From contig JAZDMS010000023.1 of NCBI GenBank assembly GCA_043800705.1, forward strand, positions 65,584-129,583: a stretch of DNA of 64,000 bases. Direction: 5' to 3'. Each line of letters starts with the position of its first letter. Positions within the stretch are counted from its first letter, which is position 1. Source of the DNA: Candidatus Altiarchaeota archaeon (GTDB lineage: Archaea > Altiarchaeota > Altiarchaeia > IMC4 > SCGC-AAA252-I15). Below, one piece after another: positions 1-9,712 of the stretch. A program made the translations under genes and the position numbers. The notes beneath the pieces are model-generated. The model had not been told where the DNA came from. It searched no databases and saw only the letters and a program-made list of their open reading frames with translations.

Positions 1-141
1 GGTACATGACGTTGATCTGGGTGAAGCTCACCTGGTATTCGGAGCCGACCTTGTTAGACTCCAGAACCTTGTTCTTGTTCGACGTCGCAAAGAGCACTTC
101 CATGTAATGGATTTAACGGACGCAACCTTAATAAGTATCCC

Positions 142-1251
142 ATGAGGCCCAACGCCATATTCTTCCTGTCCACTGCGGCCACCAGCATGAGCGTGCTGTT
201 CATACCCGTCATTGCGCAGAACATGGGGGCCTCGAACCTCATGATCGGCCTGATAGTCTCCATGTACGGCTTCATGTCCCTCCTGTCCATGTACTTCTTC
301 GGATGGGTCTCGGACGAGAAGGGCCGCCTGGCGCTGATACGCGCTGGCATGCTGTTCGCGGCTTTCGCATTCCTCATGCAGTCCTTCGCGGACACAGAGG
401 CGAAGCTCCTTGCGGCCCGCTCCCTTTGCGGCCTGTCTATAGGGGTCTTCTATTCGAGCCTGGTCATGTACGGGGTCGAGGCCGGGAAGAAGCTCGGCAA
501 GTTCACCTCCTATGAGAGCCTCGGATGGGGCGCAGGCAACCTCGTCGCGGGGCTCATGATCGGCGCATCGCTTTTCGGCCTCGTCGCCGGATACGCGGAC
601 ATATTCACGGTGTCGGCCCTCGTATTCTTCGCATGCTTCATCCTGAGCATGCGGCTTCGGGATGTCAAGGCCGCCAGGATCCGTTCGCCGCTTCTGCCAA
701 TCGGCTTGATAAGGAAGAACGCCAACATCTACTTCCCGTTCCTCCTTCGGGACATCGGGGCCTTCTGCGCATGGACTTTCTTCCCCCTTTATCTCATAGA
801 CCTCGGAGCGAACGACATGTGGATCGGGATCCTCATATTCCTCAACAGCGGCCTCCAGTTCCCAATGAAGCAGATAGTGGACCGCTACGACTTCGAGAAG
901 CTGTTCACCTGGGGCCTTGCGATATCGGCGGTCGCCCTCTACGCATACGTGCTGCCCCGGAACTACATCGAGGTAATACCCGTCCAACTCCTCATCGCCA
1001 TCGCCTGGACTACCCTCAGCGTCGGCGCCATGGGCCTCCTTACGCAGAGGAACCAAGAGAAGGCGACGGTGATAGGCCTCTTCAGCTCGACGAGGGGGGT
1101 AGCGCAGATCATCGCCCCCCTCGTCGGGGGCGTCATAGCCGAGTATTGGGGATACAAGGCCCTGATGTTCTTTTCGGGTTCTATTACGACCCTGGGACTG
1201 GCATTCCATCTGAGCCTCAAGGAAAGGCGGATCAAAAGTCAGAGAGTTTAG
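142..1251 (+). CDS. MFS transporter
   Basis: About 12 hydrophobic segments; motif A-like GWVSDEKGR; host-like codon usage. Confidence 0.85.
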   Translation: MRPNAIFFLSTAATSMSVLFIPVIAQNMGASNLMIGLIVSMYGFMSLLSMYFFGWVSDEKGRLALIRAGMLFAAFAFLMQSFADTEAKLLAARSLCGLSIGVFYSSLVMYGVEAGKKLGKFTSYESLGWGAGNLVAGLMIGASLFGLVAGYADIFTVSALVFFACFILSMRLRDVKAARIRSPLLPIGLIRKNANIYFPFLLRDIGAFCAWTFFPLYLIDLGANDMWIGILIFLNSGLQFPMKQIVDRYDFEKLFTWGLAISAVALYAYVLPRNYIEVIPVQLLIAIAWTTLSVGAMGLLTQRNQEKATVIGLFSSTRGVAQIIAPLVGGVIAEYWGYKALMFFSGSITTLGLAFHLSLKERRIKSQRV

Positions 1252-1939
1252 GTTGTTTTATATCCAGTTTTTCAGTGATCTGAGGCCTTGTAATCCTCCT
1301 TAATCTGGGTCTGCCCCACCCTGTAATCATTACCACGGCATTGGCGAATACGAATCCCCAAAACAGGGGCTTTAGCGGAAACTCGGGCGCGGGTTCCTGC
1401 TTGAATATCATTGCGACAGAGAAGCCCAGGACACACCCTGCGGCGGACACCGCGGCAAAGTGGACGGTTTCGAGCACAAACTGGGTGAACCCTGCGAAGA
1501 CATTGGAGGATATCGATCCGTCCGCCGTTTCAACATCAGCCATGTTCTTCTTGCCGGTCGCCGCAGAATAGACCACGAATATCAAAAGATATCCGATGAC
1601 CAGTCCGAAAAGCCACCTCAGCTGGGTCGGAAAAAAGTCGAGCGGGCTGCCTGCGATCGCCACGGCTGCCGACCACAGCCAAGGCCCGAACGAGTCGGGG
1701 ATCGGGCCTCGGGGGAGAAGGAGCTCCAGAAGGCTCACGGCCGCGACTACGTAAGCCAAGTTTTTGACAACTGCCACAATACTATGATTCTTGGGCAGAA
1801 TAAAAATGGCTGCCTCCCGACGGCATGGGCCGCCGACCCGCCTACATATCATATGTACGCAGGGTTTATGCGCATCGGACCCTGTTTTTATCTGGCGATA
1901 TGTTATATTTACGATGGTTCTGGATTTCCGCGCCCTCAA
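1232..1939 (-). CDS. Hypothetical membrane protein (true start probably near 1770)
   Basis: Several TM segments in the C-terminal 180 aa; the N-terminal part overlaps the alaS leader and is probably not real. Confidence 0.5.
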   Translation of the reverse strand: MRARKSRTIVNITYRQIKTGSDAHKPCVHMICRRVGGPCRREAAIFILPKNHSIVAVVKNLAYVVAAVSLLELLLPRGPIPDSFGPWLWSAAVAIAGSPLDFFPTQLRWLFGLVIGYLLIFVVYSAATGKKNMADVETADGSISSNVFAGFTQFVLETVHFAAVSAAGCVLGFSVAMIFKQEPAPEFPLKPLFWGFVFANAVVMITGWGRPRLRRITRPQITEKLDIKQPKLSDF

Positions 1940-4900
1940 GGCCAGGATGAAGCCGGAATTCCACGCGAATTTCGAGAAATACTACCCTGCCAAGAGCCTG
2001 GCATCCGTCGGGTTCAAGCGGAAGGTCTGCAAAAACTGCGGCAGGGGCTTCTGGAGCGCCGCGGAGCGGGACGTCTGCGACGAGCCGGTATGCTCCGGCG
2101 GCTACAGGTTCATCGGCGAAAAGCTGACGAGGAAGAGGTTCGCATACAAGGAGGCCTGGGACGAGTACGTCAAGGTCTTCGGCAAATGGGGCTACGTCCC
2201 CATCGAACGCTACCCCGTCGTATGCAGGTGGTACGAGGACCTTTACTTCGTCAACGCCGGCGTCAACGACTTCCAGCCGTACGTCATATCCGGCGAGGTC
2301 GAGCCGCCGGCTCCGGCCGTCCTAGAGCCGCAGTTCTGCCTCCGCTTCCAGGACATAGACTCGGTCGGAATCACCGGCCGCCACTATAGCGGATTCATCA
2401 TGGTCGGCCAGCACACGTTCAACACAGCCAAGCGGCACGTGTTCTTCAAGGACGAGGGCATACTCCAGATACACGAATTCCTCACGAAAGGCCTCGGCAT
2501 CAAGGCCGAGGAGGTCGTCTACCACGAGGACGTCTGGGCCGGAGGCGGCAACTTCGGCCCAAGCATGGAGTTCTTCTGCCGCGGCCTCGAGCTGGGGAAC
2601 CAGGTCTACATGCAGTACAAGGTCCTTCCTGACGGCACGAGCCAGGAGCTGAAGACGCGGGTCATCGACATGGGCGCCGGCCTCGAGCGGTGGAGCTGGT
2701 TCAGCCAGGGGAATCCGATGAGCTACGACAGCACCTTCCCCCAGGTGATGAAGCACCTGTATAAGGTATCGGGCGTCAAACCCGACGAGAAGCTGATGCT
2801 GAAGTTCGGAAACTATGCGGGGCTCCTGAGCATCGACGACGTCGACGACATCAACTCCGTATGGGGCAGGATATCGAAGGAGCTCGGCATCGACATGGCA
2901 AAGCTGAAGGATGAGGTCTACCGGATGCGCGCCCTCTACGCGATAGCGGACCATACCCGGAGCCTCCTTGTAGCCATACACGACGGCGCATTGCCCTCCA
3001 ACGTCGGGGGCGGATACAACCTCAGGACTCTCCTGAGAAGGTGCTGGAGCCTCAACGACGAATTCGGCCTCGATATCGAGGTGGAGAAGGTCTTCGAGGA
3101 GCACATCGGCGAGTTCGGGAAGTGGTACACGGACCTGAAGGAGACAGGCAGCCTCTTCGACATCGTCGCAGTGGAGCGGGAAAGGTACAAGGAGAACCAG
3201 GCCAAGGGCCGCAAGCTCATCGAGAAGGAGAAGGACATGACGGTGGCGAAGATGGTGGAGCTCTACGACAGTCATGGCATAGCCCCCGACGTCATGCAGA
3301 AGATAACAGGCATCCAAATCCCGGACGACTTCTACAAGAAAGTGGAGGAACGCCACGAGAAACAAGTAAAAACAGATGAGGTCAAAGAAGAAAAAGATTT
3401 AACGGGGATTCCTTTGACAAAACTATTATATTATGAAGATTCTGAAAAACTCGATTTTGAGGCGGAATTATTATCTATGTCGGGGGGCTTAGGGGGGGAT
3501 GAAGGTCATGTAATTCTGGACAAGACATTATTCTATCCTGGGGGTGGAGGCCAGGAGACAGACAAAGGCCACCTTCAGATTGGATCTAATAGATATGACG
3601 TAGTAAGTGTGGAAAAGAAAAAAGGGGGAATAATAGCGCATAAGATTAATAATTTTTCTCGATTATGGGGAGACGATAGTAGGGTCGATGACAAAGTAAA
3701 GGGGTATGTAGATAAGAGACGTCGCTTACAGCTCGTGCAGCATCATACTGCGACGCACATAGTCAACGCATCAGCGAGGACTGTTCTTGGACCCCACATA
3801 TGGCAGGCGGGAGCCCATAAGAGCGAGAAGTTTTCCCGGCTGGATATCACGCACTATAAGGCGGTGTCGCAGGAGGAGCTTAAAAAGATCGAGGAGAGGG
3901 CGAACGAGATTGTCCGGGAGGCTCACCCTGTCGAAATCAATTGGATGAGGCGCAACGATGCGGAAGGGAAGTATGGGATGCGGCTCTATCAGGGTGGTGC
4001 GGTCCCCGGGACGAAGCTGCGGATCGTGAGCATCCCCGGCATTGACACGGAAGCCTGCGGCGGAACCCACCTGAAAAACACCAAGGAAGCTGGCCGCATA
4101 AAGCTCCTGTCCGCGAAGAGGATACAGGACGGCGTAGTCAGGCTCGAATTCACGGCAGGCGAGGCATCAGAGAGGGAAATACGAGAGGATGCAGAAAAAT
4201 TTATTCTAGTGAAAATCCATTTAGATGAGTTTTTGCAACAACAGATAAGAATCCAAAAAAAACTACAGAGAGATTTAGAACCTTTTATGCAAATGCAGAG
4301 ACGGATGGCAGAAATCATGGGCCCAGCCATGCAAATGCAGAAGCGGTTAGCGGAAAGTTTGGAACCCGTGGAAAGGATGCAGGAACAACTTCGCCAGAAT
4401 CTTGAACCCTTAGAAACATCATTTAAAATAATAGCTGAAAAAGTTGCACCTCAAATGGAAGAGTCTGCAAGAATATTTTCCGTCCCAAAGGAAAAACTCG
4501 GAGAAACAATTAATAGATTTACAACTGAAATCAATCAGATGGAAGAGAAGATAATGGGGCTGGGCGGAGAACCTCCATCAGATATTGACCTAGATGATAC
4601 CCCTGCGTTAGGAATTAGTGGAACATCAAGATACCTCTTTGATAGATGGAAGGAGGATAGAAAGATTTTAGAGAAATTACAAGCCGAAGCATCAGGAGAC
4701 CTAGTCAGCGACATCGAAGCCAAGTTCACAGAATCCAACGTCGTAAAGCACGTGACAAGCGGCCTCATGGTGAAGGCTTTGACTGAAGCCGCGAATGCCG
4801 CGGTATCGAAGCCCGGCCGTCTGTTGATATTGGTCAACATGGCCGGTGACAAGGTCAACGTCGTCGTCGCATCCAGCGGCAAGGCGAACGCCGGAGACGT

Positions 4901-5015
4901 GTGCAAGAGGCTGTGCGCCCTCCTTGGCGGCGGAGGCGGTGGGAAGCAGGCGCTGGCGATGGGCGGCGGCAACGCGAAGGACGCTGAACGGATACTGGAA
5001 GAATTAAATTATTAA
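1914..5015 (+). CDS. alaS: Alanine--tRNA ligase, archaeal type
   Basis: CxxCGxxFW N-terminal Zn motif, VGITGRH, LELGNQV, IDMGAGLER, YAIADHTR, editing motifs HHTATH and ACGGTH, C-terminal GGGGGG (DHHA1); start taken at MVLDF. Confidence 0.97.
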   Translation: MVLDFRALKARMKPEFHANFEKYYPAKSLASVGFKRKVCKNCGRGFWSAAERDVCDEPVCSGGYRFIGEKLTRKRFAYKEAWDEYVKVFGKWGYVPIERYPVVCRWYEDLYFVNAGVNDFQPYVISGEVEPPAPAVLEPQFCLRFQDIDSVGITGRHYSGFIMVGQHTFNTAKRHVFFKDEGILQIHEFLTKGLGIKAEEVVYHEDVWAGGGNFGPSMEFFCRGLELGNQVYMQYKVLPDGTSQELKTRVIDMGAGLERWSWFSQGNPMSYDSTFPQVMKHLYKVSGVKPDEKLMLKFGNYAGLLSIDDVDDINSVWGRISKELGIDMAKLKDEVYRMRALYAIADHTRSLLVAIHDGALPSNVGGGYNLRTLLRRCWSLNDEFGLDIEVEKVFEEHIGEFGKWYTDLKETGSLFDIVAVERERYKENQAKGRKLIEKEKDMTVAKMVELYDSHGIAPDVMQKITGIQIPDDFYKKVEERHEKQVKTDEVKEEKDLTGIPLTKLLYYEDSEKLDFEAELLSMSGGLGGDEGHVILDKTLFYPGGGGQETDKGHLQIGSNRYDVVSVEKKKGGIIAHKINNFSRLWGDDSRVDDKVKGYVDKRRRLQLVQHHTATHIVNASARTVLGPHIWQAGAHKSEKFSRLDITHYKAVSQEELKKIEERANEIVREAHPVEINWMRRNDAEGKYGMRLYQGGAVPGTKLRIVSIPGIDTEACGGTHLKNTKEAGRIKLLSAKRIQDGVVRLEFTAGEASEREIREDAEKFILVKIHLDEFLQQQIRIQKKLQRDLEPFMQMQRRMAEIMGPAMQMQKRLAESLEPVERMQEQLRQNLEPLETSFKIIAEKVAPQMEESARIFSVPKEKLGETINRFTTEINQMEEKIMGLGGEPPSDIDLDDTPALGISGTSRYLFDRWKEDRKILEKLQAEASGDLVSDIEAKFTESNVVKHVTSGLMVKALTEAANAAVSKPGRLLILVNMAGDKVNVVVASSGKANAGDVCKRLCALLGGGGGGKQALAMGGGNAKDAERILEELNY
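4233..4442 (+). repeat. Five degenerate 42-nt (14-aa) in-frame repeats inside alaS
   Basis: LQQQIRIQKKLQRD / LEPFMQMQRRMAEI / MGPAMQMQKRLAES / LEPVERMQEQLRQN / LEPLETSFKIIAEK; ATGCAAATGCAG recurs 42 nt apart. Confidence 0.75.
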
Positions 5016-5067
5016 TACATTGCACTACCCTAATAATTTATATATTAGTACATCGTAATGTACTAAT

Positions 5068-6351
5068 GTGGATATCTCTCGGTTGGAGTTGTTCAACGAA
5101 TGGTGGACTACGGGATCGGTGCGTAAGGAGCTCACAAAAGAGTATAGGCGGCCATTATTTGACGAGGTTTTGAAATACCTGAACGACCGGCAGATCATCC
5201 TCATATACGGTCTTAGGAGGGTGGGAAAGTCCACACTCATGTATCAGATAATACAGCATCTCCTAAAGCAGGGAATTGGAGCGGATAGGATATTCCGGTT
5301 CTCATTCGACGACACAGAGGCCCAACTGGATGAGGTCCTGAGGGTTTTTGAGCGGGAGAAGCTAAGGAAGAACTTCGAGCAAGCCGATAGAGTATACGTC
5401 TTCTTCGACGAGATCCAGAAGACCGCGGACTGGCAGAACAAGCTCAAGATATTCTACGACCTCTACCCCAACATAAAATTTTTCATCTGCGGCTCAGCAT
5501 CCATCAGCATACAGAAGAAGGCTAAGGAAAGCCTGGCTGGACGGACATACGACTTCCATATGAAGCCGCTCACTTTTGCTGAATTCCTCAAACTCAAAGG
5601 CATAGATGCGAAGTTCGACCACTGGAAGACCTACAAACGGACTGTAGCCCCATCATTCTACGACCACCTGCGAAAAGGCGGCTTCCCGGAATTGACAGAC
5701 GAAACAGACGAGGAAAAGATAAGAAGCTACGTGAAAAACAACGTGATAGACAGGATACTGTACGTTGACCTGCCGGCCGAGTTCGGCCTCAAGGATCCCC
5801 AGCTGCTCAAGACCATAGTCGAGTTGACGGCAGACCATCCGGGCATGATAGTCAACTACGACGCCCTGAAGAACGACCTGAAAAGGAACAAGCAGACCAT
5901 TATGAGCTACTTCACGTACCTGGAGTACGCCCTCATACTCAAGCTTGTGGCCAACATACGGCCCGGCTTCCTGTCGACGTCACGGAAGATGAGGAAGGCG
6001 TATCACACCAGCACTGCGTTCCCGCTCTCTATTGCAAGAAACCCGGACGACACGCTCATGGGCAGAGTCGTGGAAAACCTGATGGTTCAGGAGCTTGATG
6101 CGGAATATTACTTCCGCGACAAAGGCTTTGAAATAGACTTCATAATAAAAAAGGGCGGGAAGACCATCCCCATAGAGATAAAATACGGCAAACCGGACGC
6201 CTCAAAGTTTGCCAAAGCGCTGGCGAGAATTCAACTGGACAATGGGATAATCGTCACAAAAGACCAGGACCAAGAAACGGAAGTAGACGGCAGAAAAATC
6301 AAAATGATCCCGGCCTGGGCGTTCATACTCTTCAAGGAAAAATTCATCTGA
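5068..6351 (+). CDS. AAA+ ATPase with C-terminal DUF4143 (PD-(D/E)xK-like) domain
   Basis: Walker A GLRRVGKST, Walker B VFFDEIQK, ESLAGR, GGFP, C-terminal EIDF...PIEIKY. Confidence 0.9.
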   Translation: MDISRLELFNEWWTTGSVRKELTKEYRRPLFDEVLKYLNDRQIILIYGLRRVGKSTLMYQIIQHLLKQGIGADRIFRFSFDDTEAQLDEVLRVFEREKLRKNFEQADRVYVFFDEIQKTADWQNKLKIFYDLYPNIKFFICGSASISIQKKAKESLAGRTYDFHMKPLTFAEFLKLKGIDAKFDHWKTYKRTVAPSFYDHLRKGGFPELTDETDEEKIRSYVKNNVIDRILYVDLPAEFGLKDPQLLKTIVELTADHPGMIVNYDALKNDLKRNKQTIMSYFTYLEYALILKLVANIRPGFLSTSRKMRKAYHTSTAFPLSIARNPDDTLMGRVVENLMVQELDAEYYFRDKGFEIDFIIKKGGKTIPIEIKYGKPDASKFAKALARIQLDNGIIVTKDQDQETEVDGRKIKMIPAWAFILFKEKFI

Positions 6352-6420
6352 ACAGGCGATCGGCCCTTTCTTCAGCACACGATGCTCTCCGCAAAATGGA
6401 TACAGAGCGGCGTCGTTAGG

Positions 6421-6463
6421 CGCGAAGGACGCTGAAAGGGTTCTGGGCGAGTTCAAGCCTTGA
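6421..6463 (+). repeat. Displaced copy of the alaS 3' end
   Basis: CGCGAAGGACGCTGAA identical at 4973-4988 and 6421-6436; reads AKDAERVLGEFKP* versus AKDAERILEELNY*. Confidence 0.85.
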
Positions 6464-6464
6464 A

Positions 6465-6812
6465 TTATTGCTCCGCCTCATTACCGTCAATCATGTTCAT
6501 GGCCATGCCGACCCCCACATTTCCGGCATCCTGGAAGAGAAAGTTGCCGGCGGTTTTCATAAGATCCATGACTAAACTAATCCCCGTCATTATGGGATTT
6601 TTATTAAATTGCGTCATCATCTGGTTGGCAAATTCCTCGGCCTGGTGCGTCTGGTCCCCTTCCCCTGGCATAAAGGAAGAGCCGACTATCGGCCCCCTGC
6701 CCCTCATGAAGGAATTGCCCAACAATCCGGTGAGCGTCGCCAACGGCGACTGCTGCTCCATCTGGGGCGACGCAGCTTCCCTGGGTTCAATCATCCTTTG
6801 GGCCATTCTCAC
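6465..6812 (-). CDS. Hypothetical protein
   Basis: ORF directly behind 6813-7121 on the same strand; no recognised motif. Confidence 0.45.
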   Translation of the reverse strand: MRMAQRMIEPREAASPQMEQQSPLATLTGLLGNSFMRGRGPIVGSSFMPGEGDQTHQAEEFANQMMTQFNKNPIMTGISLVMDLMKTAGNFLFQDAGNVGVGMAMNMIDGNEAEQ

Positions 6813-7121
6813 CTATCCGACGCCATCCAGCGTCCTCTCATATATGGTCTTCAGCCTCATCAGGAACTTCAGCTTCTGTTCCTCGTCGATCTTTATTATG
6901 CCCGCATCCACTATGCTGATGTCCTTTCCGTTGGAGAAAACCGCGAGTTTTGAGGACACGGGGCTGCCGAATATTGCGGCCAAATCCTTGTCGGCATTCA
7001 ACTCGTCGGTCAACCTGTAAAGGAGGTCGAGGCGCACGCCTATGCCGGCCTCTCCCTCAACCTTCATCCTGCGTTTTGCCTCGAGAGCTTCGGCCTTCTT
7101 AGCGAGCGATGTCGCATCCAT
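6813..7121 (-). CDS. Hypothetical protein
   Basis: ATG start, protein-like composition, TATA-like element upstream. Confidence 0.65.
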   Translation of the reverse strand: MDATSLAKKAEALEAKRRMKVEGEAGIGVRLDLLYRLTDELNADKDLAAIFGSPVSSKLAVFSNGKDISIVDAGIIKIDEEQKLKFLMRLKTIYERTLDGVG

Positions 7122-7335
7122 GGTAAATTACGTGCATTATGAGTTTATATCCGCCTATGTCCCGTGGATGCATTTTTTCGGATATCACGGCAGCTGTATC
7201 CTCCCCAGGTAGAGCGTCAACAGCATGAGCAGAAGGAGGGCGAACAGGAGGCCGCCTATCACCTCGAATATGGGGTTCTTCACGTTATCAATTCCCCGGA
7301 CACGTATATATTCCGCTCTTTCTTGTACTTGGTAC

Positions 7336-7965
7336 ATGTCACCCCAATTGGACGGGCTCATCGGCCTCACCCTCTATATGGTGGCCTTGATAAACCCCAT
7401 CAGCAAGGTATTCATACTCTCCACGATGGCAAAGCGCGGCTGCCTGAGGGAGGTCTTCATGGTCTCCGTCAAGTCGACGCTCGTGGCTTTCGCGATACTC
7501 ATGGCATCCGCATTAGCCGGCAACTTCATACTCCACGAGGTATTCCACGTGGAGGTGTATTCCCTGAAGGTGGCGGGCGGAATCGTCATATTCTACATGG
7601 GTTTCAGGGCATTGACGAAGGGGGTCTTCTTCGAGGCGAAGGAGAACGGCTCCATCGCCGACATGTCGATCGTCCCCCTCGCGTCGCCGCTCATCGCGGG
7701 GCCTGCGACCATAACGGCGGCGATTTCGATGCCGGCAGAATACGGCATAGCCGCGACCTCGCTCGCGATAATTCTCGGCCTATCCATCAACCTCGCGATC
7801 ATGTCCTTTTCGAAGACCATCGGCAAATTCCTTAACGTCCACAACTTCATGGGCGCCCTCATCAGGATAACGGGCCTGATTGTCGCGACAATCGCCGTCC
7901 AGATGGTTCTCGGCGGGCTTGAATCCTGGATAAAGCTCATACTACAGGCTATTTTATCCGATTAA
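7336..7965 (+). CDS. MarC family membrane protein
   Basis: ALINP, VAGGI, IVPLASPLIAGPATI, RITGLI..TIAVQM motifs; start estimated. Confidence 0.9.
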   Translation: MSPQLDGLIGLTLYMVALINPISKVFILSTMAKRGCLREVFMVSVKSTLVAFAILMASALAGNFILHEVFHVEVYSLKVAGGIVIFYMGFRALTKGVFFEAKENGSIADMSIVPLASPLIAGPATITAAISMPAEYGIAATSLAIILGLSINLAIMSFSKTIGKFLNVHNFMGALIRITGLIVATIAVQMVLGGLESWIKLILQAILSD

Positions 7966-8082
7966 GCGCAGAAGACTGCGGCATTGATGGCGCAGATGAA
8001 TGCGCAGAGGGTGCGCTTAATGGATAAATACCGCGGCCTTTAGGCCGCAGATATTTATTGTCTGCGTCAGATATCTAATGGG

Positions 8083-9636
8083 ATGTACGAAGAGCCTGAC
8101 GACGATCCGGGAAGCCTCATACACGGCAGCAGGGAACTGCAGATACAGATAGTGCTGTCCGGAGTGGTCGTATTGGTCTTTGCACTGGTCGTCGTCATAC
8201 TCCCCCTGCTTTTCACCCCGCCTGACCCGATAATCGCACTCATATTCTCGCTCCTTCTTGCAGCGGGCGGTGCGTTCCTCGGAGGCTCCCTCATATTTGG
8301 CTACTTCAAGGTGCGGGTCGGAGCCGAAGCCAGAAGGTACGCGCAGGAGATGTTCGAAAAGGCGTTCGAAGACGGGCATGCGAGGAAGAGCATGGAGGAG
8401 TTGTTCCTTGACGAGAAGGAGCGTCTCGTCGCAGAGCTGGAAGAGCAAAAGCGGCAGTACTTCGACGAATTGCAGGGAGAATTCAATAAACGGCTGGACG
8501 AGGAGGAGAACGCCCTGATGAACGACGTCCGCAGGGAGTTCGAGAAGCAGATGGAGGCCGAGAAGCAGCTTTACCTCACCAAGGTCGACGAAGACATCCG
8601 GGGCCAGGTCACTGAGGAACATAAGGCATACCAGGACTCCGTCAAGTCGGAATACACAAAAAGGCTCGAAGACGAGAAGAAAGCCTATCAGAAGGCCATC
8701 CGGGAGGAGTTCGAAAAAAGGCTCCAAGAGGAGAAGAAGGCCAATGAGGCCAGGATTGCCGAACACGACGCAGAGCTGCAGGCGCAGAAGAGGAAGTTCT
8801 CCGAGCAGGTCGCGGACCTGGAGGGCAAAAGAAGGAAAGACGTCGAGGAAAACGAGGCCAAGCAGGCCGTGTTCGACGAGCACATACAGTCCGAGAAGAA
8901 GATATTCTCCGACCAGCTGGCGGAGACGGAGAAACACTACCAGGCGGAGAAGAAGGCCCTCGAGGAGGCTCTCCGCGTCGAATTCGAGCGGAAGGCCGAT
9001 GTAGAAAAGCAGGCCTACACGGACATCATCAGGAAGGATTTCGAGTACTGGAAGAAGGAGTTCACGGACGCGTTTAGAAAGGAGATAATGCGGGACGTGC
9101 CGCCCGAGAAGCCGCCGGAGCCTCCGAAGCCGGAGCCTTCGCCGCCGTGGGTCAAGACGGAGGAGCCCGCTGCCCCCAAGGCGAAGGAGGACCTCAGCGA
9201 CATATTCCCTAAGGAGAAGATAGCGGCGGAGCCTGCGTCAGCGGAAGAGGAGGTTCACCGTTCGTTCGATTTCAAGAGCATGGGCCCGCGAGAGCAGGTG
9301 GGCTCCGCGGTCGAACTCCTCCTTAGCGCGGGAGGAAAGGGAGTCAGCCTCACCTTCAGGAACTCTAAGACCCGCAGGCAGGTCGAGCTGAAGGCCAGGG
9401 GGAAGGACATCCTGTTCGAAGCGGCGGTCGACGAGATAAGCATCAAGTCGAGGCTGATGCTGAGGGAGTTCGCGGCACAGAACAAGCTTCCCATGGAAAA
9501 GAACGACGATTACATCCGCATCTCATTCGGCTCCGACGAAAGAGCAGTCAAGGACCGGCTGAAGGAGGCCCTGGAGACGGCATTCGCCACCCCGATAGAG
9601 AACCTGGCGTTCGACGTGAAAACGGCAGAGAACTGA
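8083..9636 (+). CDS. Membrane-anchored coiled-coil protein
   Basis: Two N-terminal TM helices, long E/K-rich heptad region, Pro-rich linker, small C-terminal domain. Confidence 0.75.
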   Translation: MYEEPDDDPGSLIHGSRELQIQIVLSGVVVLVFALVVVILPLLFTPPDPIIALIFSLLLAAGGAFLGGSLIFGYFKVRVGAEARRYAQEMFEKAFEDGHARKSMEELFLDEKERLVAELEEQKRQYFDELQGEFNKRLDEEENALMNDVRREFEKQMEAEKQLYLTKVDEDIRGQVTEEHKAYQDSVKSEYTKRLEDEKKAYQKAIREEFEKRLQEEKKANEARIAEHDAELQAQKRKFSEQVADLEGKRRKDVEENEAKQAVFDEHIQSEKKIFSDQLAETEKHYQAEKKALEEALRVEFERKADVEKQAYTDIIRKDFEYWKKEFTDAFRKEIMRDVPPEKPPEPPKPEPSPPWVKTEEPAAPKAKEDLSDIFPKEKIAAEPASAEEEVHRSFDFKSMGPREQVGSAVELLLSAGGKGVSLTFRNSKTRRQVELKARGKDILFEAAVDEISIKSRLMLREFAAQNKLPMEKNDDYIRISFGSDERAVKDRLKEALETAFATPIENLAFDVKTAEN

Positions 9637-9658
9637 TGTTTCGGCCGCGACCGAAACA
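9637..9658. promoter_or_regulatory. Inverted repeat TGTTTCGG-N6-CCGAAACA, possible operator or terminator
   Basis: Perfect 8-bp arms just after a stop codon and upstream of an HTH regulator gene. Confidence 0.5.
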
Positions 9659-9712
9659 AACATCGATGGTCTTTATTATGCAGTTACCTTATATGCATTT
9701 GGAAGGGCTTAT

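Noticed and set aside
28-1209. Long antisense and alternate-frame ORFs throughout (e.g. 28-1209, 2322-3365, 29617-30678)
   Set aside because: They are shadows of GC-rich genes with clear family motifs on the other strand or frame.
1793-1807. 15-nt match GGGCAGAATAAAAAT to the thermosome 5' region near 44934
   Set aside because: Isolated and distant, with no extension; about one such match is expected by chance in 64 kb.
7185-7370. Small TM ORF divergent from marC
   Set aside because: Its start overlaps the probable marC start and leaves no promoter space; cannot be supported.
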